Positions 6,904-14,942 of a stretch of 18,457 nucleotides of DNA are shown here, piece after piece (the stretch's first letter is position 1; every line of letters starts with the position of its first letter). The notes under the pieces are model-generated. The model saw nothing but the letters and a program-made list of their open reading frames with translations, was not told the origin of the DNA and did no database searches. Both the position numbers and the translations under genes were made by a program. The DNA is from Myxococcota bacterium. GTDB taxonomy: Bacteria > Myxococcota > XYA12-FULL-58-9 > JALHOP01. The stretch spans positions 1-18,457 of the forward strand of contig JBGGMJ010000132.1 in the NCBI GenBank assembly GCA_041288095.1, given 5' to 3'.

Positions 6904-9120
6904 TCACTCCCCACTCACCGGAAAGCCATACATCCTCACTCCCGCCACGATCCCATCCTGAAAGGCGCACTGGTGCTGCAAGTAGTCACCGCTGCCCTGA
7001 TATGCGCCGATGTTTGGCGCATAAATGCACGCTTCGTTGGCTTCGCAGAGGTAGTCGTCGTCGCCCCTGTTGTCGTCGATGACCTCCATCGCGGCAGCCA
7101 AGAACACGTTGCCGGAGCATGTCTCGCCCGGCTCGCAAATCCCGTCATCGTCGCCACCGGCGGCTGCCACCAGCTCGCCCCCCAGGATGTCCGCGATCCG
7201 CCGGTCGCCGTGGACCTGACTGGGGCACGGCGCGCCGTCGACGAAGGGATCGTTCAGAGCGACTGGGTGCCCAGAGTGATTGTAGAGCGGTGAGGCGGGC
7301 ACGAGCGCCCAATCCCATATGCGTCCGGCGCCGGAGCTCCACCGCCCTCGATTGATCGCGGCGGGGAAGGGAGTCGAGTCGTTGAGGCCCCAAGCTCGCC
7401 ACGCACTGGCGAAACGGGTGAAGTCGAAGAGATGGGGCGGCGACGGGAACGCTCCGACTCCACCGTTCGCATCGGAGGTGTTGCTCGGGTCGTCGGTCGT
7501 AAGAGTCCCCACGAACGCGTTGCTCACATCGAGACCGCTCTGCACGTCGGTGAGGTGAGTCGAGGAGAGGTTCTGCCCGGCGCAAGCGCCATCGAGCGCC
7601 GGTGCGATGATCGAGCCGGACACGGAGCAACTGCCAGCTGTTTGCAACTGCCCAGCAAAGCGCATGTTGTCGCTCCCTACGTCCAGGTAGAAGGAGAAGC
7701 CGCCGTTGTGAGCCGAAGCCATGTGCGAAAACGTGTTGCCCGGGGACGCCGTCAGCAGGCCGTGCATCGAGCTGTTCACCGCGACGATGCTGTGCATGGT
7801 GTTGTTTGTCCCGCCCGTGAGCACGACGGCTGAGTTGCCGGTGTTGGTGGCGGTCACGAAGGCGAAGACGTTGCGGTTGTTGTTCGAGTCCGCCGAACGC
7901 ACGCCGTGAAGCGCATGCGCGACGGACACGACGCGGCCGAAGACGTTGCGCGCGGCACCGTTGGTGATGTCGATTCCGACGTTGCCGCCGCTGACATTCA
8001 CGTGATCGAAGACGTTGTCATCGCCGTCGATCTCGAAGTGGCTGCGTGCGAGCAAGACGTCTTGGAGGAGATTGCCATCGCTAGCGATGACGCTGGTCGC
8101 TGTAACACCGTCGCCAGCGAGCTGTGTCGACGTGATCCGGCTCGCCACCACGCCGTCGAGGAGCACAGGCGATTCGGCGTTGATGGCGCGCGTCCGATTG
8201 ACCCGCAGCAGCGACGCTCCGACCGCCAAGATCACCTGATGAACATAGTCACCACGATCACCATCCAGGTCGGCCTCGATCCATGCGCCGCGCACTGACC
8301 CCATGGTGACGAGGCAACGATCACTGGCACCGACCGTGCCGCCGGTCGCGTCGTTGCAGTTGGCGACGATGGAGTCCGAGATGTTCAAGACGGCGCTGCC
8401 CAGCGTCACGATGCCGATGCGGTCCGCGGCCACGTGGTATCCCAGCGTGTCTCGTGAGGTCGTCTCGACGTAGATCGTGCCGCTCGCCGTCAGAGTCTCG
8501 ACGCCCGTGCCGGCGTTGGGAGGCAGCGGGACGATCGGGTTTGCAAACCAAACGCCCGAGCTCTCGGGAATCACTCCGAAGCCACTCACGGTAACCGAGT
8601 TCGACGCGAACGACGTGCCGCTCGGGGCGATGAGGTCGCGCAGACCACGGCCCCTCTTGAGCTTCGAATAGAAGGTCGCGCCGCCGCTCGTGTCGGCACA
8701 GACCCAATCAAAGGCGTTCAACGTGTCGCTCGCCGAGAGGCCGGCGCAGCTCGGCACGGAGAGCAACGTCAGCTTCCTCACCTCGCCGGCGTGCACGCAC
8801 GAGCGGTAGGTGGTCGGTGCCGTGCACGGTTGGTTCGTCGCCGAGAAGTAGTCGCCGCCGTCGTTGGCGACGTAGCTCATCCAGAGCTCGTTGCCGGCAT
8901 ACGCGGCTGCGAATAGGGCAGGTCCTGGGTCGACTTCGTTGTCGCCGTCGCCGCCGTCTGCGCCGTCGCCGCCCGCACCGTCGCCCCCTGTGCCGTCACC
9001 ACCGGGCAGATCGTCCGACTCGCCCCCGAGCAGGCCATCGAGTGCGGCGATTTGGAATCCAGAGCGCCCGCAACCCGCAAAGAGGCAAGCGGCTAACGCG
9101 AGGGCGACCGTCCGAAACAC
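6904..9120 (-). CDS. Lipoprotein with right-handed parallel beta-helix (pectin-lyase-like) core and Cys/Asp-rich caps (738 aa)
   Basis: Lipobox FAG|C, GGDG linker, Asn/Gly ladder repeats (NNNRNVF, TNNTMHSIVAVN, GNTFSHMASAHNG) and C-terminal GDDD.(I/L)CE..E.C present twice plus PNIGAYQG. Confidence 0.8.
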   Translation of the reverse strand: MFRTVALALAACLFAGCGRSGFQIAALDGLLGGESDDLPGGDGTGGDGAGGDGADGGDGDNEVDPGPALFAAAYAGNELWMSYVANDGGDYFSATNQPCTAPTTYRSCVHAGEVRKLTLLSVPSCAGLSASDTLNAFDWVCADTSGGATFYSKLKRGRGLRDLIAPSGTSFASNSVTVSGFGVIPESSGVWFANPIVPLPPNAGTGVETLTASGTIYVETTSRDTLGYHVAADRIGIVTLGSAVLNISDSIVANCNDATGGTVGASDRCLVTMGSVRGAWIEADLDGDRGDYVHQVILAVGASLLRVNRTRAINAESPVLLDGVVASRITSTQLAGDGVTATSVIASDGNLLQDVLLARSHFEIDGDDNVFDHVNVSGGNVGIDITNGAARNVFGRVVSVAHALHGVRSADSNNNRNVFAFVTATNTGNSAVVLTGGTNNTMHSIVAVNSSMHGLLTASPGNTFSHMASAHNGGFSFYLDVGSDNMRFAGQLQTAGSCSVSGSIIAPALDGACAGQNLSSTHLTDVQSGLDVSNAFVGTLTTDDPSNTSDANGGVGAFPSPPHLFDFTRFASAWRAWGLNDSTPFPAAINRGRWSSGAGRIWDWALVPASPLYNHSGHPVALNDPFVDGAPCPSQVHGDRRIADILGGELVAAAGGDDDGICEPGETCSGNVFLAAAMEVIDDNRGDDDYLCEANEACIYAPNIGAYQGSGDYLQHQCAFQDGIVAGVRMYGFPVSGE
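8941..9003 (-). repeat. Approximately 15-bp coding repeats (GGDGx x4) in the lipoprotein tether
   Basis: Translates as GGDGTGGDGAGGDGADGGDGD. Confidence 0.75.
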
Positions 9121-9126
9121 CGAGCA

Positions 9127-9135
9127 ACGTTATCA
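9127..9135 (-). promoter_or_regulatory. Extended -10 element (TG-A-TAACGT) 6 nt before GTG start; probable leaderless promoter
   Basis: Minus strand reads ccTGaTAACGTtgctcgGTG with no SD. Confidence 0.55.
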
Positions 9136-9174
9136 GGTTCCGCGCTCTGCCACGCGCCGTAAATCGGACAAGCC

Positions 9175-9212
9175 GCTACGCGACGTGATGCGAAGATAGG
9201 ATCTCGCGTAGC
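9175..9212. repeat. 9-bp inverted repeat GCTACGCGA-N20-TCGCGTAGC, possible terminator or stability hairpin
   Basis: Read directly; begins 2 nt after the stop of the 9215 ORF; no U-tract. Confidence 0.45.
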
Positions 9213-9214
9213 CG

Positions 9215-9661
9215 CTATGGCGGCGGCATCAAGCTACCGACGCTCCGACGTGGCAAGTCGCTTGGTACGGTCGGCGGGGCAGACGCAATTGCGCACGATG
9301 ACCGGTTGCCGATCCGCTCCGTGAGTGCCGCATCGATGCGGCGCCACGCCATCGCTTGATGGCTACCTTCGTTGCGCACGGCCTGGGCTGCGACGCGGTA
9401 GCCATCCCAACGCTCGCGCGTCGAGCCGGGCGCCGCTGAGAGCCCACGCTCCGCGTCACGAAGCAACCTATCGCCGACATCTTCGATGCCTCTGGCTTTC
9501 ACCAGCATCTCGCGCGCGGCACACAGCTGCGCCGGTGTGGCGCCCTCGGCGAGCACGTCACGAACGACGCGCGCGAGCTCCGCATCGACTTGGTGATGGC
9601 TTTGAAGTGCCTGCTCGACCCGCACCTTGAGTTGCTCGACGTTCACGATCGCTCTCCCCAT
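9215..9661 (-). CDS. Hypothetical alpha-helical protein (about 143-148 aa)
   Basis: Amphipathic helical C-terminal part of track ORF 9215..10591. Start is ATG 9661, or GTG 9646 preceded by GGGAGAG. Confidence 0.55.
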   Translation of the reverse strand: MGRAIVNVEQLKVRVEQALQSHHQVDAELARVVRDVLAEGATPAQLCAAREMLVKARGIEDVGDRLLRDAERGLSAAPGSTRERWDGYRVAAQAVRNEGSHQAMAWRRIDAALTERIGNRSSCAIASAPPTVPSDLPRRSVGSLMPPP

Positions 9662-9853
9662 CGACCCGGTTCGATGCTGCGTTGGGTATCGACACCCGTG
9701 GCCAAAGGATGCGCGTCGAGCGGTGCCGACAGGTCGGCGCAGTACTCGTAGGGGCCCATCGAGAGGGCTTGCGGTCTCGGCGGGCGCGGTCCGTGCATCT
9801 TCGGGATCACGACGTGAGTCGCACCGCGACATGTTTGCGCTCATACTGCGGAA

Positions 9854-11050
9854 GTGACCGCCCACCGCCACTGCTGCATCGCTTGTCTCGTCCTCGCGGC
9901 GTATTTTTCGAGCTGCGGCGATAGCGACCCCAATGACGAAGCAGACGACTGCAGCGTCCAGGCGGAGATCTGCAACGGCGCCGATGATAACTGTGATGGT
10001 GCCATCGACGAGGGGTTTCCCGAGGTTGGGCTCGCCTGCACCGTTGGCGTCGGGGCCTGCGCGGTTGCCGGTACGGTCGCTTGCGCTTTCGATGAGCAGT
10101 CGACCCTCTGCGTTGCTCAGGCTGGATCCGCAATAGAGGAGCTGTGCGGCAACGGCGCCGACGATGATTGCGATGGTGCGGTCGACGAAGGCTTCGACCA
10201 ATTGACCGAGCCGTGCGACGGCGCCGACGCGGACCTCTGCATGGAGGGCTCCTGGCAATGTGTGAGCGGCGTTGCCGTTTGCGACGACCAAAACGACGTC
10301 GACCCCGACACCTGCGACGCGCTCGACAACGACTGCAATCCAGCGACGCTCGATGGTGCGGACGACACGCGATACGGCGACCCTTGCGATGGCGCTGACA
10401 CCGACGCGTGTATCGAAGGTGTCTTCACGAGTTGCAGCGTCGGCGAGCTGCAGTGCGGCGATCCCAACGACGACACCACGCAAAATGACAGTGACAACTG
10501 CGGCACCTGTGGAAACGCCTGCGAAAACCCGAACGGCACGACCTCGTGCGTCAGCGGCGCATGCAGCCCGGTGTGCACTTTTGGCTGGCAAGCATGTGGT
10601 GACGTCGACGACGGCTGCGCGACGCTACGTGATACGACGCCCGCGTGTCTGGGCTTTACGCAGCTCCAGGATGTGAGCGGCGACGGAGGGGGCACCAGCA
10701 GAATCGTCACAGGCTACAGCGAGGCGTTCTATTTGGTGAGGATCACCGAGACCGACCCCAGCGTCGATGACGTGACCGCGCGGGTCACGCTGGCGAGCCC
10801 GGCCGGCGTCAACTTCGGAGTTTGTGTCCTGTGTGCGAATTGCGGCGGGTTGGAGACCTGCGACAACACCGAGGGTGTCGGTGGCAGTGATTCCATCAAG
10901 GTGCTGGGCAACGACACGCCGGGCGAGGACGCGTACGACATCATTATTCGCGTGTTCTTGGTGGCCGCCAACAACCTGTCGTGCGGCACCTGGACGCTGA
11001 CGGTCACGGGCGACGTCACGCCGACGGGCGCTGTTGTCTGTGGAAACTAG
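9854..11050 (+). CDS. Cys/Asp-rich exported lipoprotein with MopE-related putative metal-binding repeats
   Basis: EICNGADDNCDGAIDEG, ELCGNGADDDCDGAVDEG, DTCDALDNDC, DSDNCGTCGNAC; signal peptide ending FSS|C; C-terminal beta-sandwich. This architecture is typical of myxobacteria. Confidence 0.85.
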   Translation: MTAHRHCCIACLVLAAYFSSCGDSDPNDEADDCSVQAEICNGADDNCDGAIDEGFPEVGLACTVGVGACAVAGTVACAFDEQSTLCVAQAGSAIEELCGNGADDDCDGAVDEGFDQLTEPCDGADADLCMEGSWQCVSGVAVCDDQNDVDPDTCDALDNDCNPATLDGADDTRYGDPCDGADTDACIEGVFTSCSVGELQCGDPNDDTTQNDSDNCGTCGNACENPNGTTSCVSGACSPVCTFGWQACGDVDDGCATLRDTTPACLGFTQLQDVSGDGGGTSRIVTGYSEAFYLVRITETDPSVDDVTARVTLASPAGVNFGVCVLCANCGGLETCDNTEGVGGSDSIKVLGNDTPGEDAYDIIIRVFLVAANNLSCGTWTLTVTGDVTPTGAVVCGN

Positions 11051-11069
11051 TGTCGTTCCAGAAGCGGTA

Positions 11070-11106
11070 CTTGCCCCGCCGGCCGCAGGCCGGAACAAGG
11101 GGCAAG
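11070..11106. terminator. GC-rich hairpin between the convergent lipoprotein gene and tRNA
   Basis: CTTGCCCC/GGGGCAAG outer stem and CCGGCC-gca-GGCCGG inner stem; no clear U-tract. Confidence 0.5.
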
Positions 11107-11107
11107 A

Positions 11108-11184
11108 TGGTCGGGGCAGTGGGATTCGAACTCACGGCCCCCTGCTCCCAAAGCAGGTGCTCTACCAGACTGAGCTATGCCCCG
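11108..11184 (-). tRNA. tRNA-Pro (anticodon UGG), 77 nt with encoded CCA
   Basis: CGGGGCA-TA-GCTC AGTCTGGTA GAGC-A-CCTGC TTTGGGA GCAGG-GGGCC-GTGAG TTCGAAT CCCAC-TGCCCCG-A-CCA; C1-G72 and A73 are Pro identity elements. Confidence 0.97.
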
Positions 11185-11195
11185 ACTCGGGAGCT

Positions 11196-11224
11196 TCTGT
11201 AATCGGCGGCGCGGGCTTCTGCAA
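11196..11224 (-). promoter_or_regulatory. Candidate sigma70 promoter of tRNA-Pro
   Basis: TTGCAG-N17-TACAGA, ending 11 nt upstream of the tRNA. Confidence 0.4.
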
Positions 11225-11235
11225 GTCCGATGGTT

Positions 11236-11583
11236 TCAGTGGTGCCGAGGTGGCGAATGGCGCTGGGCGTCGGGGGCCTTGGCGACCTCGTCGCTACCCA
11301 GTCGTTGCTCGGCGCCGTCGAGGACGTCGGCGAGTAGGCGCATCGTGCGCTCCAAGCCCACGCGGTCATGGGCGAAGGCTTCGTCATCCCCGGCTTCGAT
11401 GTCGTCGATCTGGCGATGGGCAAGATTCACCAGGTCCTTGGCGTCTTGTAGCTCTTTGTCGTGGGCGCGCTCCTCGTCGCCCTCGACCTCTCGGGCTTCG
11501 ATGAGTAGCCCATTCAGTCGCTTTTCCGCGTCGATGAGCGTGTTTCGTTGGCGGTCCAGATAGTTCTCGCGGGTCGTGTCCAT
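11236..11583 (-). CDS. Small acidic coiled-coil protein, resembling sll1863-like stress proteins (115 aa)
   Basis: GGGAGG SD; pattern TRENY...L...EK.L..L...A...IDDIEAGDDEAF...R.GLE.....L; family recalled from memory. Confidence 0.7.
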   Translation of the reverse strand: MDTTRENYLDRQRNTLIDAEKRLNGLLIEAREVEGDEERAHDKELQDAKDLVNLAHRQIDDIEAGDDEAFAHDRVGLERTMRLLADVLDGAEQRLGSDEVAKAPDAQRHSPPRHH

Positions 11584-11611
11584 GGCTTGCGGCCTCCCGC
11601 GGAGGGAAAGC

Positions 11612-11628
11612 TGCAACCTCCACGCCAA
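11612..11628 (-). promoter_or_regulatory. Sigma54 promoter
   Basis: TTGGCGTGGAGGTTGCA (GG-N10-GC). The predicted +1 near 11601 lies just upstream of the GGGAGG SD. Confidence 0.7.
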
Positions 11629-12099
11629 CTAAGCGGGCGCGGGGCCGTGTTTGATGGTGGTGTGAACGCGCGCCACGACATCGGAAGATGGATCGCGAAT
11701 GATGGTCTCGACCGTGATCTCGCCGTCACGTTCCCAGGCAATCTCCGGAGCGCTCGCCGATGCGATGAGCCGGCCGCGCGCCTTCTTCACGTAGGCGATC
11801 TCCATCTTGGTGACGATCCAGCGCGTGCCCTCGGGTTGCCGCGAGACCACCGCGAGGTTCGCGGTGAACTCCCCCAGGTTCGCCAGGGCGATGGCGTGGA
11901 CCGATCGCAGGTGATTGCGGACGCCGCGTCGGTCGTTCATGGCGACCTCGGCGCGGCCGGTCTCGACACTCTGAATGAGCGGCTCGATGGTGCCGGTGTA
12001 GGGAATGGCGCGGCCGATCAACAGGGCCGCGAGCTTGCGCCCTCCGGGGAGGGCGATGATGCGCTGGATGCGGCGGACGAGCTGCGAGCCGAGGATCAT
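11629..12099 (-). CDS. Hotdog-fold (PaaI/DUF4442-like) thioesterase-family protein
   Basis: PYTGTI.P, VRNHLRSVHAIALANLGE, WIVTKMEIAYVKKARG; starts 1 nt after the gstA stop. Confidence 0.9.
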   Translation of the reverse strand: MILGSQLVRRIQRIIALPGGRKLAALLIGRAIPYTGTIEPLIQSVETGRAEVAMNDRRGVRNHLRSVHAIALANLGEFTANLAVVSRQPEGTRWIVTKMEIAYVKKARGRLIASASAPEIAWERDGEITVETIIRDPSSDVVARVHTTIKHGPAPA

Positions 12100-12100
12100 C

Positions 12101-12709
12101 CTAGTTCTTGATTCCCTCGTCCGCCAAAGCAGTCTTCACCGAGTCGCGCGAACCGACACGCTCCATGAACGAGCGGATCGCCGGAAAGGCCGAGAGATCG
12201 ACTTTCATCGACTCCGCCCAGCGGGTCACGGTGAAGAGATACGCGTCCGCGATACCGAACAGAGGGCCCGCCAGAAATGGCTGCTTCGCCAGGGTCTCCT
12301 CGACGAAGGCGTAGCGCTTCTTGAGCTTCTCGACGTTCTTCTCGCGCGTGCCGGCGTCGAGGGTCTTGTCGAACATCGGGCTGTACGTCTTGTGGATCTC
12401 GCTCGATACGAAGGTGAGCCACTCGTGCATGCGAATGCGCTCGAAGGTCCCGGCCGCGGGCGTCAGGTTCGCGGAGGGTGCCTGGTCGGCGATGTACTGC
12501 AAGATCACCGGTCCCTCGGTGATGACCTTGCCGTCCGCGAGCTCGAGCGCCGGCACGTAGCCCTTGGGATTGACCTTCAAGTACTCGCTGCCGTCGTTGA
12601 ATTTCTTTTCGCGCAGGTCGACGCGAATGGCGGTGAAAGGCAGCTTGGTCTCGGCGAGCACGATGTGCGAGGCGAGGGCACAGGTGCCCGGTGCGTAGTA
12701 GAGCTTCAT
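12101..12709 (-). CDS. gstA: Glutathione S-transferase, beta class
   Basis: MKLYYAPGTCALASHIVL, NPKGYVPAL, TEGPVILQYIAD, SEIHK, IADAYLFTV. Confidence 0.95.
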   Translation of the reverse strand: MKLYYAPGTCALASHIVLAETKLPFTAIRVDLREKKFNDGSEYLKVNPKGYVPALELADGKVITEGPVILQYIADQAPSANLTPAAGTFERIRMHEWLTFVSSEIHKTYSPMFDKTLDAGTREKNVEKLKKRYAFVEETLAKQPFLAGPLFGIADAYLFTVTRWAESMKVDLSAFPAIRSFMERVGSRDSVKTALADEGIKN

Positions 12710-12728
12710 GCTGGGACAATATGGTGGC

Positions 12729-14870
12729 TTAGCGGCGTGCCGCCAGGGCCTCGACTTGTTGCCAGAGATCGCGCGGCAACAGCCACTGCTCGCGCAGGGT
12801 GATTTCGCGCGCCAAGATGTACGCGATGCGTTGGCGATCGACGCTCGGGGAGTTTTCGAGCCAGTGCCGTAGGCCCATCGCCGCGGCGCGGCGGTCCCAC
12901 GCGAGCTGCGAGGTGTCGGTCGCGGCGGGCGGTGTCATGCCGGTCGGTCCCGTGTCCGCTTGGAGACCAGCGCGGAGGGTTCGCAGCATGGCGCGGTCGT
13001 TGATGCGTCGTCGGACCTCGCCAGGGAGCTGAGCAATCTCGGCGGGCAACAGATGTTGCGCCAAGCTGTCGGCGAGCGCGTCGCCATTAGGCCTCGCGAA
13101 CGGATCGCTGTACCAACGCGCGACCAGTTGGCTGACGTCGGCTCGTGCCTCGTCGGTGTTGGCGGCGAGCCGCGCCGCGACTTCGCGCGCCCGCGCATCG
13201 GCGATGGGGCGTGGTGGCTCACCCGCCGGCGTCGATGGCTGGTAATTGCCCTCGGCCTCCAGCCGTCGCCAGAGCTCGCGCGGCAGCTGCCAGCGCTCAT
13301 CGATCCCCAAGCCCCCGCGCACGTGATTCGTCAGCATCGCGGCGATGCGGCGGCGATCGGCCGCGGGCGCCTCGGCGAGGAAACGCTCGAGCAGGGCTCC
13401 CGCGCGTTGCCCTTCCGGCGTGAGCACCTCGGGCTCGTTGCTCGAGGACGGCAAGCGCGAGCCGCTCGCGAGCGCCGGGGCGAGCACGTCGCGAACACGG
13501 CGCAGAATGGCGCGGTCGTTGACGCGGGTGCGGATGTCCTCCGGCAACAGCGCGATCTCTTGGGGCGTGAGGTCGCGGCCCAAAGTGTCCGCGAAAGCGT
13601 TCTTGTCGACAGACGCTTCGTTCCATTGGGTCACCAGGCGACCGGCGAGCTCGCGGCTCTCGCGGAGCTGCTGTTCCGTGGTGAAGCGGTCTACTTCATC
13701 GGTGATCTCGCCCAGCGATCTCTCGGTGCCGACGGCGAGGTGGCCAGAGAGCTCGCGCGTTTGGTCGTTCGTGAACGTGCGCGGGCCCGTCGGGCGCGGC
13801 TCTTCGTCGGGAAGCGCAGTGACGGTGTCGCGGGTCACCACAGGGTCGACGACATCGCGTGTCACGACCGGCTGCGCAACGTCGCGGGTGACGACCGGCT
13901 CAGCGGCGGCTCGCTCGACGACCGGCTCGACGGCAGCGCGCTCGACGACGGGCTCGCGCACCACTTGCGGCGGATGCGCGGCGCGATACGCCACCGCCGC
14001 CGCTTCGGTGTCGCCACCGACCTTCGCGTCCACGACGACCGGCTCACCGTTCTGCGAGCGCCACGCGTGCAATCGCTCCTGGACACTGCGCACCGCGGCT
14101 TCGAGATTCGGGGTGGCGCCACTGCCGAAATTGTAGCGCTGGCCCGCTTGGTCGAGCGCGCGCCCGAGCTCGGCGGGCGTGGCGTTGCGCAAGCTTCCTG
14201 GCTCGCGATCGAGCACCACTTCGAGCGTGCGGCCGAAGCGGTCAGGCCGTTCCACCCACTCGCGCCATTTGGGATCGACGTTCTGCATGGCGGCGTGGCC
14301 ATTGAGTGTCGGCGGAAGGTTGCCGGGGCGCTGACCGGTATCGCGGGTGTAGCGGCGCTCGGCCTCGAGGGTCCGCGTGCCGATCATGCCGTCGAGATCG
14401 CGCTGGCGCAGGCCGTGACCAACGAGCTCGCGCTGCCGAGCAATCACCACGTCGCGCAGATTTGGCGGCCCACCAGGTGTGCCGATGCCGTAACGACTCT
14501 GCACCTCGTCGAGCGCGCCCGTCAGGGCTTCGTTGGTCGCACCGCGCAGGCTCCCTTGATCACGCCCGAGGAGCGCCTCGACGGTCCGCGTCAGGTTGCG
14601 CGGCTGGCTCATCCAGGTGCGCCACTCGCGGCCGTTCGCGTCGGCGGGGGCGCCGAGGATCGCGTGATCCATTGGCCGACTCGCGAGGCGCGGTGCTGGA
14701 CGCGGGATATCGGCGATGACCGGACTGTCCGCCGCCGCCAAGCGCACTCGCGGCCGCTCGATGAGATCGCGATGGCCCTCGACGACGACTCGCGGCACGA
14801 CCGTGTGCTGCGGCGTATCGAGGAGAGCAGTCGGGCGGTGTGCTTCTACGAGTCCTGGTCGCGCGACCAT
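12729..14870 (-). CDS. Hypothetical 713-aa modular repeat protein (two A domains, linker, two B domains) with peptidoglycan-binding-like motifs
   Basis: GGAG SD; clear internal duplications; QREL...DLDGMIGTRTLEA..RY and VQERL...VVDAKVGGDTEAA..AY. Confidence 0.85.
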   Translation of the reverse strand: MVARPGLVEAHRPTALLDTPQHTVVPRVVVEGHRDLIERPRVRLAAADSPVIADIPRPAPRLASRPMDHAILGAPADANGREWRTWMSQPRNLTRTVEALLGRDQGSLRGATNEALTGALDEVQSRYGIGTPGGPPNLRDVVIARQRELVGHGLRQRDLDGMIGTRTLEAERRYTRDTGQRPGNLPPTLNGHAAMQNVDPKWREWVERPDRFGRTLEVVLDREPGSLRNATPAELGRALDQAGQRYNFGSGATPNLEAAVRSVQERLHAWRSQNGEPVVVDAKVGGDTEAAAVAYRAAHPPQVVREPVVERAAVEPVVERAAAEPVVTRDVAQPVVTRDVVDPVVTRDTVTALPDEEPRPTGPRTFTNDQTRELSGHLAVGTERSLGEITDEVDRFTTEQQLRESRELAGRLVTQWNEASVDKNAFADTLGRDLTPQEIALLPEDIRTRVNDRAILRRVRDVLAPALASGSRLPSSSNEPEVLTPEGQRAGALLERFLAEAPAADRRRIAAMLTNHVRGGLGIDERWQLPRELWRRLEAEGNYQPSTPAGEPPRPIADARAREVAARLAANTDEARADVSQLVARWYSDPFARPNGDALADSLAQHLLPAEIAQLPGEVRRRINDRAMLRTLRAGLQADTGPTGMTPPAATDTSQLAWDRRAAAMGLRHWLENSPSVDRQRIAYILAREITLREQWLLPRDLWQQVEALAARR
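13821..13955 (-). repeat. 5 x 27-bp degenerate coding tandem repeat
   Basis: EPVVERAAV/EPVVERAAA/EPVVTRDVA/QPVVTRDVV/DPVVTRDTV. Confidence 0.9.
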
Positions 14871-14897
14871 TCACGGGCTCCAGTAAGCAAGGGCAGC

Positions 14898-14917
14898 GAG
14901 GCCCGTCGGTAGGCCTC
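14898..14917. terminator. Hairpin downstream of hmgA
   Basis: GAGGCC-N8-GGCCTC, extendable by GTAAGT/GCTTAC flanks on the minus strand; no U-tract. Confidence 0.35.
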
Positions 14918-14942
14918 CACTCACTTACACGTTTTGCCCGGA

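Noticed and set aside
9662..10591. 5' two-thirds of the 458-aa minus-strand ORF
   Set aside because: It is mostly antisense to the MopE-repeat gene.
12101..12709. GST as maleylacetoacetate isomerase (MaiA) partnering hmgA
   Set aside because: It has beta-class signatures (Cys10, SEIHK) rather than the zeta-class SSxSxRVRIAL motif.
13821..13955. Tandem repeats as a CRISPR array
   Set aside because: They are in-frame coding repeats with no unique spacers, and there are no cas genes.
12960..14912. 650-aa + strand ORF, and the many other antisense or alternate-frame ORFs in the track
   Set aside because: These are shadows of real genes in high-GC DNA, with Arg/Ala/Gly-rich composition and no motifs. 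The opposite strand shows protein-level repeat conservation.
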